Below, piece by piece: positions 158,470-173,181 of a stretch of 248,000 nucleotides of DNA. Numbering within the stretch: position 1 is the first letter of the stretch; the number at the start of each line of letters is the position of its first letter. The position numbers and the translations under genes were made by a program. The notes beneath the pieces were generated by a model. That model made no database searches, was not told the DNA's origin, and worked only from the letters and a program-made list of their open reading frames with translations. This DNA comes from Octopus vulgaris (taxonomy: Eukaryota): positions 87,812,001 through 88,060,000 of the forward strand of contig OX597817.1 in assembly GCA_951406725.2 (NCBI GenBank), in the 5' to 3' direction.

Positions 158470-158598
158470 GTTGGACCCATAGCAAGTGAGATATCTGTCC
158501 TTTACTCAACAACAGCTCATTATGTTGATTTCCTATTACAAATTGAGTTGCCACTCGTAGCAGCTGCCTTTACAATGTCTGGATTTTCTTCTATTCAG
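158470..158598 (+). CDS. TBC1D32: TBC1D32 exon
   Basis: tcacag/gtatgc; VGPIASEISVLYSTTAHYVDFLLQIELPLVAAAFTMSGFSSIQ; phase 0-0. Confidence 0.9.
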
Positions 158599-160081
158599 GT
158601 ATGCAGCATGCAGTTTCAATGTTTTGGGTGCTTAGTTTTATTTTGTATTTTTCAGCTGTATATATGGCAATACTTATTCTTGACATCATCATCAACACTA
158701 TCACCATCATCGTCAATCCATTTTGTCAGTGCTTGCATGGATTAGACAGTTTTTCTGTAGCATTGTGTTTTTGCTATTTAGATTGCATGCACAAAGTAAG
158801 AGCACACCTTTGACATAGATTCGAAGAAATGCCACTTTAATGTTTGAAACTGCAAATATTGCATAAATTTTCACTTGGAACTTTAGCATGAACTGGTGAT
158901 GAAAGCAGAGTTGGTACAGGAACAATCGTAACTGGTCATTAAAGATGTGTTAAAGTCTGTTTTTATATTTTCTTATTTGGATTATATTTTAGTCTGTGCT
159001 AAACCCACACAACGGTTTTACTGTTGTGAAACCTGGATTTTCTACACCTGAAAAATTTCAATATTAGTCTGGAATCCGACAGTGTAGATAGCCTAAAGCT
159101 CAGGTTGAAATACTCTATCTTTCTACCCTCCCAGAACCTTATATACAGACACACACACACATACAAGAGGATTCTCCAGTTCTGTATGCCTATTGTACTC
159201 ACAAGATGTTTGTCATCTTGCAGTTATGGTATAGGATGCCAACCAGCAACATCCACATAATGATTTCAAACCTCTAACCACACACATTCAAAGCAAATGT
159301 CTTAACCACTCAGCCATACCAGTACTATGCATGTGTGTGTGCATCATCATCATCATGTGGGTGTGTATGTACTCTTTTACTTGTTTCAGTCATTTGACTG
159401 TGGCCATGCTGGAGCACCGCCTTTAGTCGAGCAAATTGACCCCTGGACTTATTCTTTGTAAACCTAGTACTTATTCTATCGGTCTCTTTTGCCGAACCAC
159501 TAATGTTACAGGGACGTAACACACCAGCATCGGTTGTTAAGCAATGTTGGGGGACAAACACAGATACACAAATGTATACACACACACACACATATATATA
159601 CAACGGGCTTATTTCAGTTTCCGTCTACCAAATCCACTCACAAGGCTTTGGTCAGCCCGAGGCTATAGTAGAAGACACTTGCCCAAGGTGCCACACAGTG
159701 GGACTGAACCTAGAACCATGTGGTTGGTAAGCAAGCTACTTACCACACAGCCACTCCTTATATATATATATATATCATCATCATCATCATTTAACATCTG
159801 TCATCTATGCTGGCATGATATATATATATGTATATACACTCACACACATACAAAAATACATGCATACATACATGGACATATTAGGAATCAGTACATTGCA
159901 TAACATATTAAACCTGCCAATGAACTATTGCCTTAACCATCTAAAGTAGGATTGTCACGCAATAATTTAGCTGACTCTGGTTTTATCCTTGTAATTTATT
160001 CATTAGTAAAGTTATCCAAACTGTAATTTCAGTGAATATTAATTAATACATTTACAACTGCTGATCTTATTCCAATGACAG

Positions 160082-160270
160082 GTTTGTCAGCAATGGCTCC
160101 AGCAGTGTTTCTGGAATTATTTAGATTGGTCAGATATTGTACACTACATATGTACATGCTGTGTTCTTGGAGCTGACTACCAAATCTATTTATGTATTGC
160201 AATTCTTCATTACCTGCAGACAGAAATTCTCAGTCATGCCCAGCAACAAACCTTACTTATATTCCTCAAG
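160082..160270 (+). CDS. TBC1D32: TBC1D32 exon (TBC-like C-terminal region)
   Basis: tgacag/gtaaga; [63 protein letters not shown]; phase 0-0. Confidence 0.93.
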
Positions 160271-160922
160271 GTAAGAACATTCTTTTCATTTATTCTATAA
160301 TTAATGGTTTATTTTCATTGTTATACACAAGATTAGTTTTTCAAGGAGATTGGCTCAACGTAAACATTTATATTAAAAATAATCCAAAACATAATCCAAG
160401 CAAGATTTAAACACAAACTCAACTTAATAATATATATTAATATTGTATATAGAGTATATTATAATGATCATTTCTACTGTAGTCACAAGGCCTGAAATTT
160501 TAAAGGAGGGGACAAGTCAACTACATCAACCCCAGTGCTTGACTGGTACTTAATTTATTGAGCCCAAAAGGATGAAAAGGAAAGTTGACTTTGGCAGAAT
160601 TTGAACTCAGAATGTAAGGATAGACAAAATGCAGCAAAGCATTTTGCCTGGCATGCTAACAATTCTGCATCCAGAAGTGGGATCCAGGTTTGGGTGTTCC
160701 AGGATATTGTGGAGTGTGGGACCACTTCGTAACTGCTATTGTTCCCCACTCTTCTCAGACCTTGAGTTGTAGCAACTGTCAGTGTCCTGGCTATGGATAA
160801 AATAGCATGTAACCACCTGAGCCAGAGTATACTGAAATCCTGGGATACAGCATGGTAGATGTGAATTATTTCAACTGATGAACTAGATGCTGAGTGGATG
160901 AACAGACAACAAACTGTCAACA

Positions 160923-161051
160923 GTTGAACCCATAGCAAGTGAGATATCTGTCCTTTACTCAACAACAGCTCATTATGTTGATTTCCTATTACAAATTGAG
161001 TTGCCACTTATAGCAGCTGCCTTTACAATGTCTGGATTTTCTTCTATTCAG
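160923..161051 (+). pseudogene. Duplicated copy of TBC1D32 exon 158470-158598 (probable pseudo-exon)
   Basis: 129-nt near-identical copy with retained gtatgc donor; the in-frame acceptor AG is lost. Confidence 0.8.
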
Positions 161052-162701
161052 GTATGCAGTATGCAGTTTCAACTATAAATATCAACTGATTCAGTCAACA
161101 AATTACTGCTATCATCTTTAGTCATGGCATGTGTGGAAGAGATACTTCTGCTAATGAAAGACCAATGTGACTAAAAATTCAGGCCAGACATTCATGCCTC
161201 ATCATAGCTGGGGCTACAAAGTATACTAGAAAACATGTTTATTGCTAGGGTGAAGAAGTATACCAATAAACAAGTTGGCTTATTATGTTGTGTTGTTTAT
161301 AGGCCAGCCCTATAAGCAACTGCTTTGATGGGATAATTACTATTTAGTGGACAGTAACTGACATATTTATAATTACATGGAGGTCTGGAATAATATCCAT
161401 TAGGTCTGTTGGGCCAACTTACATTGTGCTGGTTAATGAATGAGGCAAAGATTTTGCAACAAGAATAGCCTTTCATTAGGCTTATGATAATGCCTAAAGG
161501 TACATGGATCAGTGTGTGAATATGTGTACATGTTTATTCCACTTAAAACTAGTAATCTATTGATGTATTGTAACATAACAGTTCAATAAATACCCATTGA
161601 TAAAATAAGTACCAAAGTGAAAAATAATTACTGGGATTAAGCCCTTGTAGATGGTATCTCAGCATGTCCACAATGTGATAATCAGTAAAAGACTAAAGGA
161701 ATATATATATATATATATACTAAATACCCCCAAAAAAGAACAAAAAACACAAATAAAACAACAACGTGAGGATGTGGTACATGTTACATATACCATGTCC
161801 TTGCAGATGCTCAGGGAAGGAAAGATGGTTTAACATTTCAAGCAATGCTCTTCTTCAGAAACAGAGGAAAGTCCAATAGAAAGGAAGAAAGTCACTAACA
161901 TGTGGTTACATTTTGAATATATATATATATATATATATATACATACATACCTTACTTTATTTAAAATGTTTCTTCGTCAATGTGAGAGTAATATAAATAG
162001 TATATATTTTGTCAGCTTGATCAAACATTAAATCATTGGTATGTTAACAGTGTTTTTTCATTTCGTTTCTATACTGTATTATATAACGTATCTATAAATT
162101 TATTTTGATTTATTACATTTATATATGTGTGTGTGTGTATAACATTAAATGACTGATGTTCCGTGATTTTTGTTTTTGAGGGATTGTTGCTTTAATATAA
162201 TTAGAACATATTCATATGTTCTATAATATATCATATGTTGATTCATTAGCCAACACTGTGTATTACAACCACTATAAACAATACATGTATATGTCCATGG
162301 GCAGAATAAGAGAGAATGGTTGTACACATTTCAGTTCTTGTTGGAATCCTTATTAGCACCTGAACATAGACCAGTTTATATATTTAACACATTTCATGGC
162401 AGCTAGTTAGAATATTGCTGGTGTGTTTACAGCATTTGACAATGACTCCAACAAGTATTGAATCAAAAGTTCAACTGTATACTTCTTTTTATGTCCACAA
162501 ACATATTATATTGGTGTACGACCTACACAATGTTAGCTATTAAATCTGTAGGTATGTTCTATTATACATTATAACTGTCTTCAATTTCATTGGGATAGGA
162601 CATAAAAAGGTGGGAATGAGGTATTATTGTATTAACATATCTATACATATATGTGTGTGTGTGTCTGTTACATACACTTATGCTGACATGTTTTATTTCA
162701 G

Positions 162702-162836
162702 GAAGAACCAATTCGTGGATTTCATATCTGTCATTATTTGAATTTTATGAAAAAGTTGGAAGTCACTTACCGAGACCTGCTTCTGTCCGAAATGTGTGTT
162801 GAAAGAACCAATAGTAAGAAAAATGATATCAAATAA
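162702..162836 (+). CDS. TBC1D32: TBC1D32 last coding exon
   Basis: tttcag acceptor; EEPIRGFHICHYLNFMKKLEVTYRDLLLSEMCVERTNSKKNDIK*. Confidence 0.9.
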   Translation, partial: EEPIRGFHICHYLNFMKKLEVTYRDLLLSEMCVERTNSKKNDIK

Positions 162837-162955
162837 TTTGACTTCGAATTGCAATGACAATTCAGAATGGTTCCTAAGTCATTTTAAATTATTCTATGGC
162901 CATTGTTTCAACTATGTCGGTCAGTGAAAACTCATTGGAAAGAAAAAGTTCAAAG

Positions 162956-162961
162956 AATAAA
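162956..162961 (+). terminator. Candidate polyadenylation signal for TBC1D32
   Basis: First AATAAA I noted, 120 nt after the stop; the motif is common in AT-rich DNA. Confidence 0.3.
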
Positions 162962-164569
162962 GGGCTGTACAGCTAAATACAGATTTATCATCATGTCAGT
163001 ATGATGATGATTTCTTTTCAGAAAGATCTCATGGAAATTATCTTTTTGTTTAATTTCTGACACTGATTGGCACAAGGCTGTACATTTTAGAGGAGGTGGT
163101 TTAGTCCATTGAAAAGATACCAATTCAATGTCTTTATGTTGTTTCATATACGTACATAGCATTTGGTGACATATTTTATCTCCAAATATTAGTGATGAGG
163201 TTAAAAACCACCCCTCTAAATCTTTTCATGAATTCTAACAAATAATTTAATTTAAGCTTATATAAAGTGATGACTGAAAGAAATATTTATGATAGTATAT
163301 GTATTTGGAATTTTGGGGTTAGTGCTCTTAACATTCTGAACTGAAATCCCTCCAAATTGTGTGAATTGGCAGATCTTCTTCTACAACACGGCATGTTGCT
163401 AATTATCATGGTCCTTTCTCATTTCCTTTGTGAAATCCAATATCTCGCATTCCATCCACTTTCAATGCTTTGCACTTCTTTATATGACTGTCATTCTTTA
163501 TATGTCCATTCTCTTTGTCTTTTCTCATACTCTGCATCAGATTCCTTTTGTATCCAGTTTTTCTCTCTGTGTACTTCAATTCTGTCATTCATGTACACCA
163601 AAATTACACATCCAGCAGAGCATACTCACTTCAGTTCTTTCTAGTCTTCATAAATCTTCTGCATTCAAAACCCACAGCTTGTTTCCATGCAACATTGCTT
163701 TCGTACACAATCATCTTACAATCTGCTCTTTGTTCTAACAGAGAAGTTCTTTGTTATCAGCAGAGATTATAGCTCCTGAGAATGACAGGCAGAGTCTACA
163801 TACTTCAGTAGGAATCTGAACTGAGATTGTAAAGGGACAGGATGTTTAATCTAACACTTTACCATTTCTGCCATTCTACCTACCTAATACTCCTAATAAT
163901 AGACACAAGGCCATAAATTTGCAGGGAGGAGTTAGTTGACTGAATCAACTCCAGAATTTGACTAGTACTTTATTTATTAACTCCAGAAGGATAAATGGCA
164001 AAACTGACTTTGGCAGGATTTGAACTCAAAATGTAAAGAGCTGGAAAAAATGTTGCAAGGCATTTTATATGACATAGTAACGATTCTGCCAATCTACTAC
164101 CCTGGCATTTATAATAATATTTCAAATTTTGGCACAATGCCAGCAATTTTAGGGGAAGAGCAAATCAATTACATCAACCCTAGCACTTGACTGGTATTAG
164201 ATTTTAATGACCCCAAAAGGATGAAAGGCAAATTTGACTTAAGAAGAATTTGAAATCAGAACATAAAAAACCCAAAGAAGCATTTTGTCTGATGCTGTAA
164301 AGGGTTATGCCAGCTTGCCACCTTAGTAATAATAATAATCTTTTCTAGAATAGGCACAGGGCTGAAATTTTGTGAGAAGGAGCTAGTTGATTGCATCAAC
164401 CCTAGTGCATAACTAGTATGTATTTTACTGACCCCAAAAGGATAAAAGGCAAAGTCGACCTTGGCAGAATTTGAACTCAAAACATAAAGCTGGAAGAAAT
164501 GCCATGAAGCATTTTCTTCAACATGCTAATGATTCAGCCAACTTGCTACCTTAGTAATAATAATAATTA

Positions 164570-165345
164570 ATTCTTTTATTAGCCACAATGGCTCACATAC
164601 ACTAACTTTAAATGACATGACATAAACATAAAAGACAACACAAGACAAGACAAAGGGTTTTACAGCATGTAAACAATTTATAACAATAAAAAATTAAATT
164701 AAAACTCCCATAGGGGAGGCGCTTTAAAGGTCCTCGTGGAAAAACCCACAAAAGCCATGGGTTCCTGAACAACAGGGCAAGAGCCCTTCTCCTTTAATTT
164801 ACAGGTGCACGCTTAGAATTGGTCCTTTCACACTGGTCATTCTTCCAACATTCACCCACCTTTCAACAAACTTGCTGGAAGGCAACACTTCCTTCTCCAC
164901 CCTCACTTTCCTCTTCAAGTGAAACTTGAAGAAGTTGATGAGGGCTTGGCCAAAGAGGAAAGTGTCTGTCTTTAGCCCTTTCAAATGGGTCCGCCACACT
165001 ACCTCTTTTGCTACAGCCACTACACAAATAAAAATTGTCTGCCCTTCTCAGCCAAAAGAGGGCAACAGGGCAACCTTCACAATGGATTCAGCCAATAGCT
165101 GCATTCATCCTACACGCGGCAGCAGGTGTTCAGTATAAGCCCACAGGTCAGCAATACTCAGGCACTGGGCGAGGGCATGCAGAACAGTTTCATCACCCTG
165201 CACACACCTCCGGCAGGCTCAGCTGATAGCACTTCCCTGCCTGTAAAGTTTATCTCAAACAGGCAGCACCCCTTGATAGAACTGCCAGGCAAGGGATTTC
165301 TGGAAGTTATCCATAGGCCCAGGTATGAAAGTTCTCTGAAACAGA
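164570..165345 (-). mobile_element. Tx1/L1-clade LINE 3' fragment
   Basis: VAKEVVWRTHLKGLKTDTFLFGQALINFFKFHLKRKVR matches 150480-150680. Confidence 0.85.
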
Positions 165346-165568
165346 CTGGTTAATTAATTTTCATAGACGTCCAGAGTTTCCCCAAGTACGTCATCGCACT
165401 TTCCCTCCAGGATGAAAGGGTAAGAAGATTACATCAACCTCAGTGCACAACTGGTACTTATTTCATTGACCCTAAAAGGATGAAATACAAAGCTGACCTC
165501 AGTAGAATTCGAACTCAGAATCTAAGCATTTTTGTCTGATGCTGTAATGACTCTGCCAGCTCAATGCC

Positions 165569-165601
<33 letters not shown>

Positions 165602-168351
165602 GTTTAAAATTTTGGCAGAAATTTTGGGGGTTGGAGGTAAATTGTTTAGTACTTATTTTATCAACGCTGAAAGGATGGAAAGCAAATTTGAACTCAGAAC
165701 ATAAAGATAGCCAAAATGCCACTAAGCATTTAGCCCAACATGCCAGCAGTTCTGCCAGCTCACCGCCTTATTAATAATAATAATGGTTTCACTTTTTGGC
165801 ACGAGGCCAGTAATTTCAGGGGAGAGGGCTTAGTCAATTACATCAACCCCAGTGCTCAACTGGTACTTATTTTATCGACCCTGAAAGGATGAAAAGTGAA
165901 GTTGATCTTGGCAGAATTTGAACTCAGAACATAAAGACAGAAAAAATGAATTTAAGCATTTCCCTAGTGTGCTAATAACCATAACTTCATTTAAAAGACT
166001 CAGCTATCACAAACATTTATAACTATTGACAACTGTTATCAACCACTTTTGTGATTCTTTATATTGGTTATTCTGTAATAGAATCAATTGGAAACACAAT
166101 AATCTACCAAATTACTTATAACTTCATTAGTTACAGTTCTTGTTTTAATGAGATGTCATTCTTTGCATACATTACAGGTTTCTTTTAGATATATATTTTT
166201 CCAATTACTAAAATATATTTTAATTTTGTTCATCATTGTGGAATATAGATTCTTCATTGCCACTCAGAGAAATTCCTTGTAAGTTTAATCAATATTTTAT
166301 ATCCAAATATGTTTCATAGAGTAAAGAAAACCAGTTTATAGTAATCTAAGGCTACAACCCAGTTTGAATTCTTAATTGTAGATATTTTCTCCTCTTGGTT
166401 ATGCTGCTTATACTACCAAATCTCTTCCTCTCTTTCTTGTAAAACAAGGCTATGTGACTCATTAAAACAGAATGAATGCCAGCATTTAAAGAAAGACAGT
166501 TATTGTCAATAAGATTATTTAATGATTAGAAACAATATGGAAAGAAACTGAATATATATAGAATAAAAAATGTTTATATTTATTTCTCTACAGTTCAGAA
166601 ATCCTTTTGAGAGAACAATTAATGTTCCTTTAATAAAATATGTTACCACAATGAAAGCAGTCTCAAATTTTGAATCAAGACTTATAGAATAATTAAAGCT
166701 GATTAAAAATTTGAAATTATCAAAACTCAGCTGAATTGCAATTCAGGTAATTTTCATAATTATGTTTTTCCAATATCATAATAAACGTATTTTGTCATAT
166801 TTAGATTTCCAAATAATTAATGTAATATTTAATTATGTATTGTTCAGCTTATAATGATGAATTAATAACATAAATTACTCTAGGTGATGATTCCTTTCTA
166901 ACATATATTATATGGTATTAAAAAGAATTCATTGAAACGTGTGTTGATTTTTAAAAAAACTTTGCTTTATATCAACTCCCAACACCAGCAAGATTTCTAC
167001 TGCATCTACTATAAATGGAGAACTTCTTCAACTGATGTAAAATGACATATTCCATTGTTTTGCAGATCTATTAAATCAGATTGTATATTTTTTTTAAGAA
167101 ATGGTATCCAAAGAAATTTGAAAGACAATAACAAAAGCTTATAATTTATTTTTGCATCATATTGTCTCAGTGAGTTATTGAGATGAGCAACAATGGCAGT
167201 TTAGCATACTTCTGTACACTGAACAGCTTCAACAGGCATGAAGGTAGATTTCATATTTTAAACTAAAAACAAGACACAGTTGAGAAAAAAAAAAGACAGA
167301 AAAGAAAAGAAAGAACTACAATAACTCGAGTGGTACGCATACACAAAAAAAAATGAATAAATAAAGAAAACAGTTGTGGAATTTCAAAATATACAAAAGG
167401 TATTTTTATACAATATTTTCACATATATATGTATATATATATATATGTGTGTGTGTGTATTTGTGAGAGTGTGTATGTACATATATATGTGTTAATTCAC
167501 ATATATTCAAATATTTGAACATTTAATGAAAGACAAATAAATATATGATATGTTTTCCAGACATGTGTCTGTGACCAATACATAAGGAAGTTGTGTCTGG
167601 TTTAAAAATGATAATTGATACCTTCATAAGACATTGACTTCAAACACATAACCACATGCTGATATCCACAGTAAGTAAAAGGGAAACAGAGAATCCAGCT
167701 ATTTTACATGATCTGCACACAAGAATTATAGAGCTATTGCAGATAGATTATTATTTTTTTTTATACATATCTATCAACAAGATATGAAAAAAATAACTTC
167801 CAAATGGTTATGAGTGCTTGTCTACCTCATGTGCATTGTATGGCATTGAGGAAAGAGTTAAATGTTAAGGTATGAAGAGAGAAAAAACACCCATCTTTTA
167901 CAGGTATACATACTTAAGCCGTTCTTCTTAAAATAAATTTTGGCTGGATCATTCCATATATATATATATATTAATGTCATAGACATTAAACAAAATATTT
168001 TTTTATATATAACTTATTTTGTAAAAGTCGTCTAAATATTTTTTTAGTTGATGTGATATTTCAGTGTTTTCCAAAGCTCATTAGAGTAAGTTAATAATAG
168101 TAACGTTTGAAGATCTTGAAATATAATAAATATAATACTTCAGCAATATATAGTATACAAGATGTTTAAAACTAATAAAAAAAAGAGGTAACTAAAATTT
168201 TACCCTCCTCAGCAAGTGAATAAGGGAGGGACTGAAACAGCCTTAAAAAAGGGGAGGAAACTCAGTTGACCAACTTAATTTTAGTTGGTTGAACCAATGG
168301 GGAAGAGTAAATGAAGAAATAAAGACAGTTATCTCTGAAATTATTAAAGAG

Positions 168352-168664
168352 TCAAGGTGTGAGTGGAGGTAAATTCACTGCCCAATAACCTTTGTGAGAA
168401 TAAAAAGAACGTGCTAGATATTCCAAAAGTTTCACGGAATCATGGAAAACATTGGCCGGGTTGACAACAAAATCTGAACAGTAGTTTATAGTAGTTAACA
168501 ATGAACAATACTGTCGGTTAGTTTTAAGGTTTCGGAGGGCATTCAGTGCTTGTTTACCAGGTGAGTGCAATACAATAGACATCTCTGGATGAACTCGTAA
168601 AGTCAGATCAGGGTGGAGAGTGGTTTGCAGAAATACATACAAAGCACGACAGGTGAGCCGGAAT
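168352..168664 (-). CDS. EPG5: EPG5 last coding exon
   Basis: FRLTCRALYVFLQTTL...GKQALNALRNLKTNRQY...RSFYSHKGYWAVNLPPLTP*. Confidence 0.92.
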
Positions 168665-170054
168665 CTGAAAACAAATACAAATTATTATTACACACCAATT
168701 AATTATATTTCATTAACAAGTATACATGCACACAATGGCATACACCTGTATATGAGTATGAGAATATTCTTAAATAGAGTTGAACTTCTGTAGTGACTTG
168801 TGATAATAAACTTGAATTCAGCTTTCAAAAGCACTCTAGTAAATAGCTTTGAATGCATGTGCAAAATTATATGAGCTCCGTCATAAATTTACTAAACTGG
168901 AGGCAGCCAATCTATGTTCTACTTCAGACCTCTTCATTCTAGTCTTTGAAGTAATATATCATCATCATTATTATTGTTTAATGACAACTTTTAGATATTT
169001 GCATGGGTCAGATGGAATTTGTTGCAGATATTCTACCATCACAATGTCAATACTTAACACACAAACATATACATATATTTACATACACACATATATATAT
169101 CAGGCTTCTTTCATTTTCTGACTACCAATACTTTCATCAAACTGGGGCTACAGTGGGAGACACTGGCCCAAGATGTCATGCAGTGGGACTGACCACAAGA
169201 CCACATGGTTGAAAAAAAGTTTAACAATATGGCCATATAAATACATACACATATATACCTACACATATATACACATATACATAATATACAAATATATGTA
169301 CATGCATATATACATATGTATATCTGTATACGTATGTGTGCCTATATATGCATGAATACAAATATATATATACACACACACACACACACATATAAATATA
169401 TATATATATACACACGCATTTTCCTTTACTTGTTTCAGTTACTGGACAGTGGCCATGCTGTGGCCTTGAAGAGTTTAGTCATTCCTAGTAATTTTCCTTT
169501 TAAGCCTAATACTTATCTTTTCAGTCTCTTTTTGCTGAAACATTAGGTTTCAAGGTCATAAACAAACCAGCACCAGTTGTCAAGTGATGGTGGGAGACAA
169601 AGACATACATACATACATACATAGATATACATAAGACATGCTTCTTTCACTTTCCAGCTATCAAATCCAACCACAAGGCTTTCATCAGTCTGAGGCTACA
169701 GTAGAAGACACTTGCCCAAGGTGCCATGCAAGATGACTGAACATAAAACAAAATGAGATGGACAAACTAGGATGAACAAGGAATACATCCATCTAATTTT
169801 GTTTTGTTATGTTTTGGTCATATTCCCAACAAGTTCTCTTGCTGGTTACCTCCAGGGTGGAAGTAATATTATCAATAATGGCATGAAATTGCGCCTGACC
169901 CCCGCTGACCAATAACTGATGAGGAGTTGGTGACCTTCTGTGTTTGTTCTCTGTTCATCTGTGCATTTAGTGTATGGTTTTCGACTTGACCTTCTGTGTC
170001 TTTTTTCCGTTTGTTTGTTTATTACTATACATGTTTGACTTCTGAAAATATTAT

Positions 170055-170440
170055 AGGCGTAGGAGTGGCTGTGTGGTAAGTAGCTTGCTTACGAACCACA
170101 TGGTTCCGGGTTCAGTCCCACTGCGTGGCACCTTGGGCGAGTGTCTTCTACTATAGCCTCGGGCCGACCAAAGCCTTGTGAGTGGATTTGGTAGACGGAA
170201 ACTGAAAGAAGCCCGTTGTATATATGTATATATATATATATGTGTGTGTATGTTTGTGTGTTGTGTTTGTCCCCACCAACATCGGTTGACAACCAATGCT
170301 GGTGTGTTTACGTCCCCGTAACAAAAGAGACCGATAGAATAAGTACTAGGCTTACAAAGAATAAGTCCTGGGGTCGATTTCCTCGACTAAAGGCAGTGCT
170401 CCAGCATGGCCACAGTCAAATGACTGAAACGAGTAAATAG
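170055..170440 (+). mobile_element. Most abundant tRNA-derived SINE (representative young copy)
   Basis: ggcgtaggagtggctgtgtggtaag..ggttcagtccc head, aagccttgtgagtggatttgg body, cagtcaaatgactgaaac tail; dozens of copies in the window. Confidence 0.85.
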
Positions 170441-170742
170441 TGCAATACACTCCTTATTTTTGACCTATACACACACACACAAATACATAAATATATATAC
170501 AAGCATTAGTACAAGAAAACTATTATTGTTCTTAAATCTCTCAATGAGAGATATTCAGTAGCAGCACTTGAAAGTAACAACGATTATTTGCCAATCTAAT
170601 GTGGCAGTCCCATTTGGGGTGAATGCTATATGACACACAATCTGTGTCCTTTATAGACATGCATCACATCAGATTGGCAAATAATCGTTACAAGAAAACT
170701 ATTATCACCAAACTCCATTATTAAGGGAAAAGTATGCCTTAC

Positions 170743-170952
170743 TTGATGGACAAAGTAGACCTTCTGCCTAAACCAATAGCTCCAAGGATACCAGTTGTGT
170801 CTTTATCTTCAGCCAATGGAGTCAACATGTGAATGAATGCTGATAGTATCTGTGCAATGTCTGTAGTGGAACAAGTCTTATTCTCCAGTTGAGAAATCAT
170901 CTGACAAAAGCATTTGTGCCACCACAGTAGCATTTTTCCTTCATTGTCACTA
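170743..170952 (-). CDS. EPG5: EPG5 exon
   Basis: SDNEGKMLLWWHKCFCQMI...AEDKDTTGILGAIGLGRRSTLSI; phase 2-2. Confidence 0.93.
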
Positions 170953-171891
170953 CTAAAGAGATAAGGAAAGAAATTTAACAAAATGTCAAAACTGAAAGAT
171001 GTACATTTTGAAAAATGTAGAATGTAGGATTAAGAGAATGTTGGAAACAGAATGTCTCCTGTAAGCTTGTATACAAGGGGGTACTGAAAAGTTCTTGGCT
171101 TTAAGGGTATCACAAAAGGCCTGGTTGGAGGCCCAATCTTCTGAGTTCTTTTCCAGGGCTTAGAAAAATTGAAAGCCTACTGCAGTAGGTGTGTGACTCA
171201 TAATTAATTGCAATAGGTGTGTGAATGATAATAAACTGATCCTCCTGTATTTTCTTTTACCCAAAGCCAGGAACTTTTCAGCATCCTCTCATTGTAATAG
171301 AATTACTTTCCAATTGAGATAGAGCAGATAAATACACTGATGTTAGTGAAATGCCAAAAGTGAAAATAATAAAATTTTGCATTAAATAGTAAGTTAAAAT
171401 TTTTGACAATCAATCAAAATATTTCTTTCAAATTTTGGCACAAGGCCAGCAATTTTAAGAGGAGGGGGAAGTTGGTTACATCAAACTCAGTACTTGACTG
171501 GTGAAAAGCGTGAAAAGCAAAGTCAACTTCGGCAACATTTGAAGTCAGAATATAAAGTGTTGGAGGAAATGCTGCTAAGCATCTTGTGCAATCAACCAAA
171601 ATATTAGTTTTAAATTTTGGCACAAGGCCAGCAAGTTCAGGGGAGGGGTAAGTCAATTACAACGACCCCAGTGATCAACTGGTACTTACTTTATCGACTG
171701 CAAAAGGGTGAAAGGCAAAGTCGACCTCAGTGGAATTTGAACTCAGAATGTAAAGACAGACGAAATGCAGCTAAGCATTTTACTCAGCATGCTAATGATT
171801 CTGCTAGCTCACTGCCTTCCAATCAACCAAAATATTAGTATTTAGAACTTTTTATCAGATTGAAATAGACTCAAAAAAATGGAAGGCTTAC

Positions 171892-172108
171892 CTAGATTTT
171901 CCTTTTGTACTCCATTCCAGCACTTTCCAAATGACAGCTTGTTCTTCACTACAGTCAGTTGCTGAGGAGAGCTGTTGTAGGAGGTAAGCATGGAGTGTCA
172001 GGAATGCACCTTGCTGTAGACATTCTTCAAGAAATTCAGCCAGGTTCAATTCAGGAATTTGAATATTTAACAAAATAATGTCCCAGTTACTCTTTTGGAA
172101 GCTTCCAT
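171892..172108 (-). CDS. EPG5: EPG5 exon
   Basis: GSFQKSNWDIILLNIQIPELNLAEFLEECLQQGAFLTLHAYLLQQL...EWSTKGKS; phase 1-2. Confidence 0.93.
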
Positions 172109-173181
172109 CTGTTTGAGATTTAATAAAAGATGAATGCAGATTTAATCATATGAAGCTAGCAGTATGCAGTAAATTATACCTATACATGTATGCGTACATA
172201 TTTTGAACACATAAACACAAATACTCAAAGATAAATAGTTTGGTTCATTAACTATATCATATAACAATAGAACTTCAGTAAAAAAAAAGAACCTATAGCT
172301 TATAAACCAATGGAAGCAAGCTTTATCTGTTGCCTTCAGTAAGGCAGGAACATTCTTCTTTGTAAGAAAATGTAGAGAGTTTCATGTAGTGATACAAGAT
172401 ATTGTGATTACAGAAACAGTGCAAGAGGCATGTAGATAGATAATGTCTGTGTGGAGTGTAAAAGAAGGGTGAAGGCTGGTAGCGAGTGTTGTTACAAGTG
172501 ATAGTAAACAGATTATTAATCTACAGAAGAAAGAGTATAGGAGACTGAACCAAATCCTGACACAAACCAGAGTTAATATAATGGGGGTTGGGGAGAGAAC
172601 CATATTGATATATATATATATATATATATATACATTATGATGAAGCACTGAAGTGGAAAGAATCAAAGGAAGATAACTTTTTCACATCAAGCATAAGTAT
172701 GAAAATTCTGCTGACATCAAGATAAACAACATTACTTTTGCCAAATTGCTCAAATACAAAATACCCATGTCCAGAAAATTCACTGTAAACATTTTTGCAA
172801 TGGGAAATTTCACCATAAAGAAGGCACGTAAGCAGACTGTAAACTAGATAACTCATTTTAAAGAAATTATCTTTTGCTAATTGGTAGGTTAGTTGATGAA
172901 GCAGCCATTTTTAAAAAACAGCTATTTTTTTTTTTTTTTTTCAATTTACTTTTTACTTTTTTTCCAACATATTTTCCTGCAGTTAAAATGTTTATGATGA
173001 ACTTTCCTATAACCCAAAATACCTGCCAGTCTGTTATGCAAAAGGAAGTCTTCAGTATTACCCTTAATACCCACAAAATACAATTTATCATGAGACTCAA
173101 CACCTCATTGGCAGATTTACTGATTTAGCATCATATTTAGATTTATAAATGTTAAGAAGATAATTTTTTGTATTAACTAAC

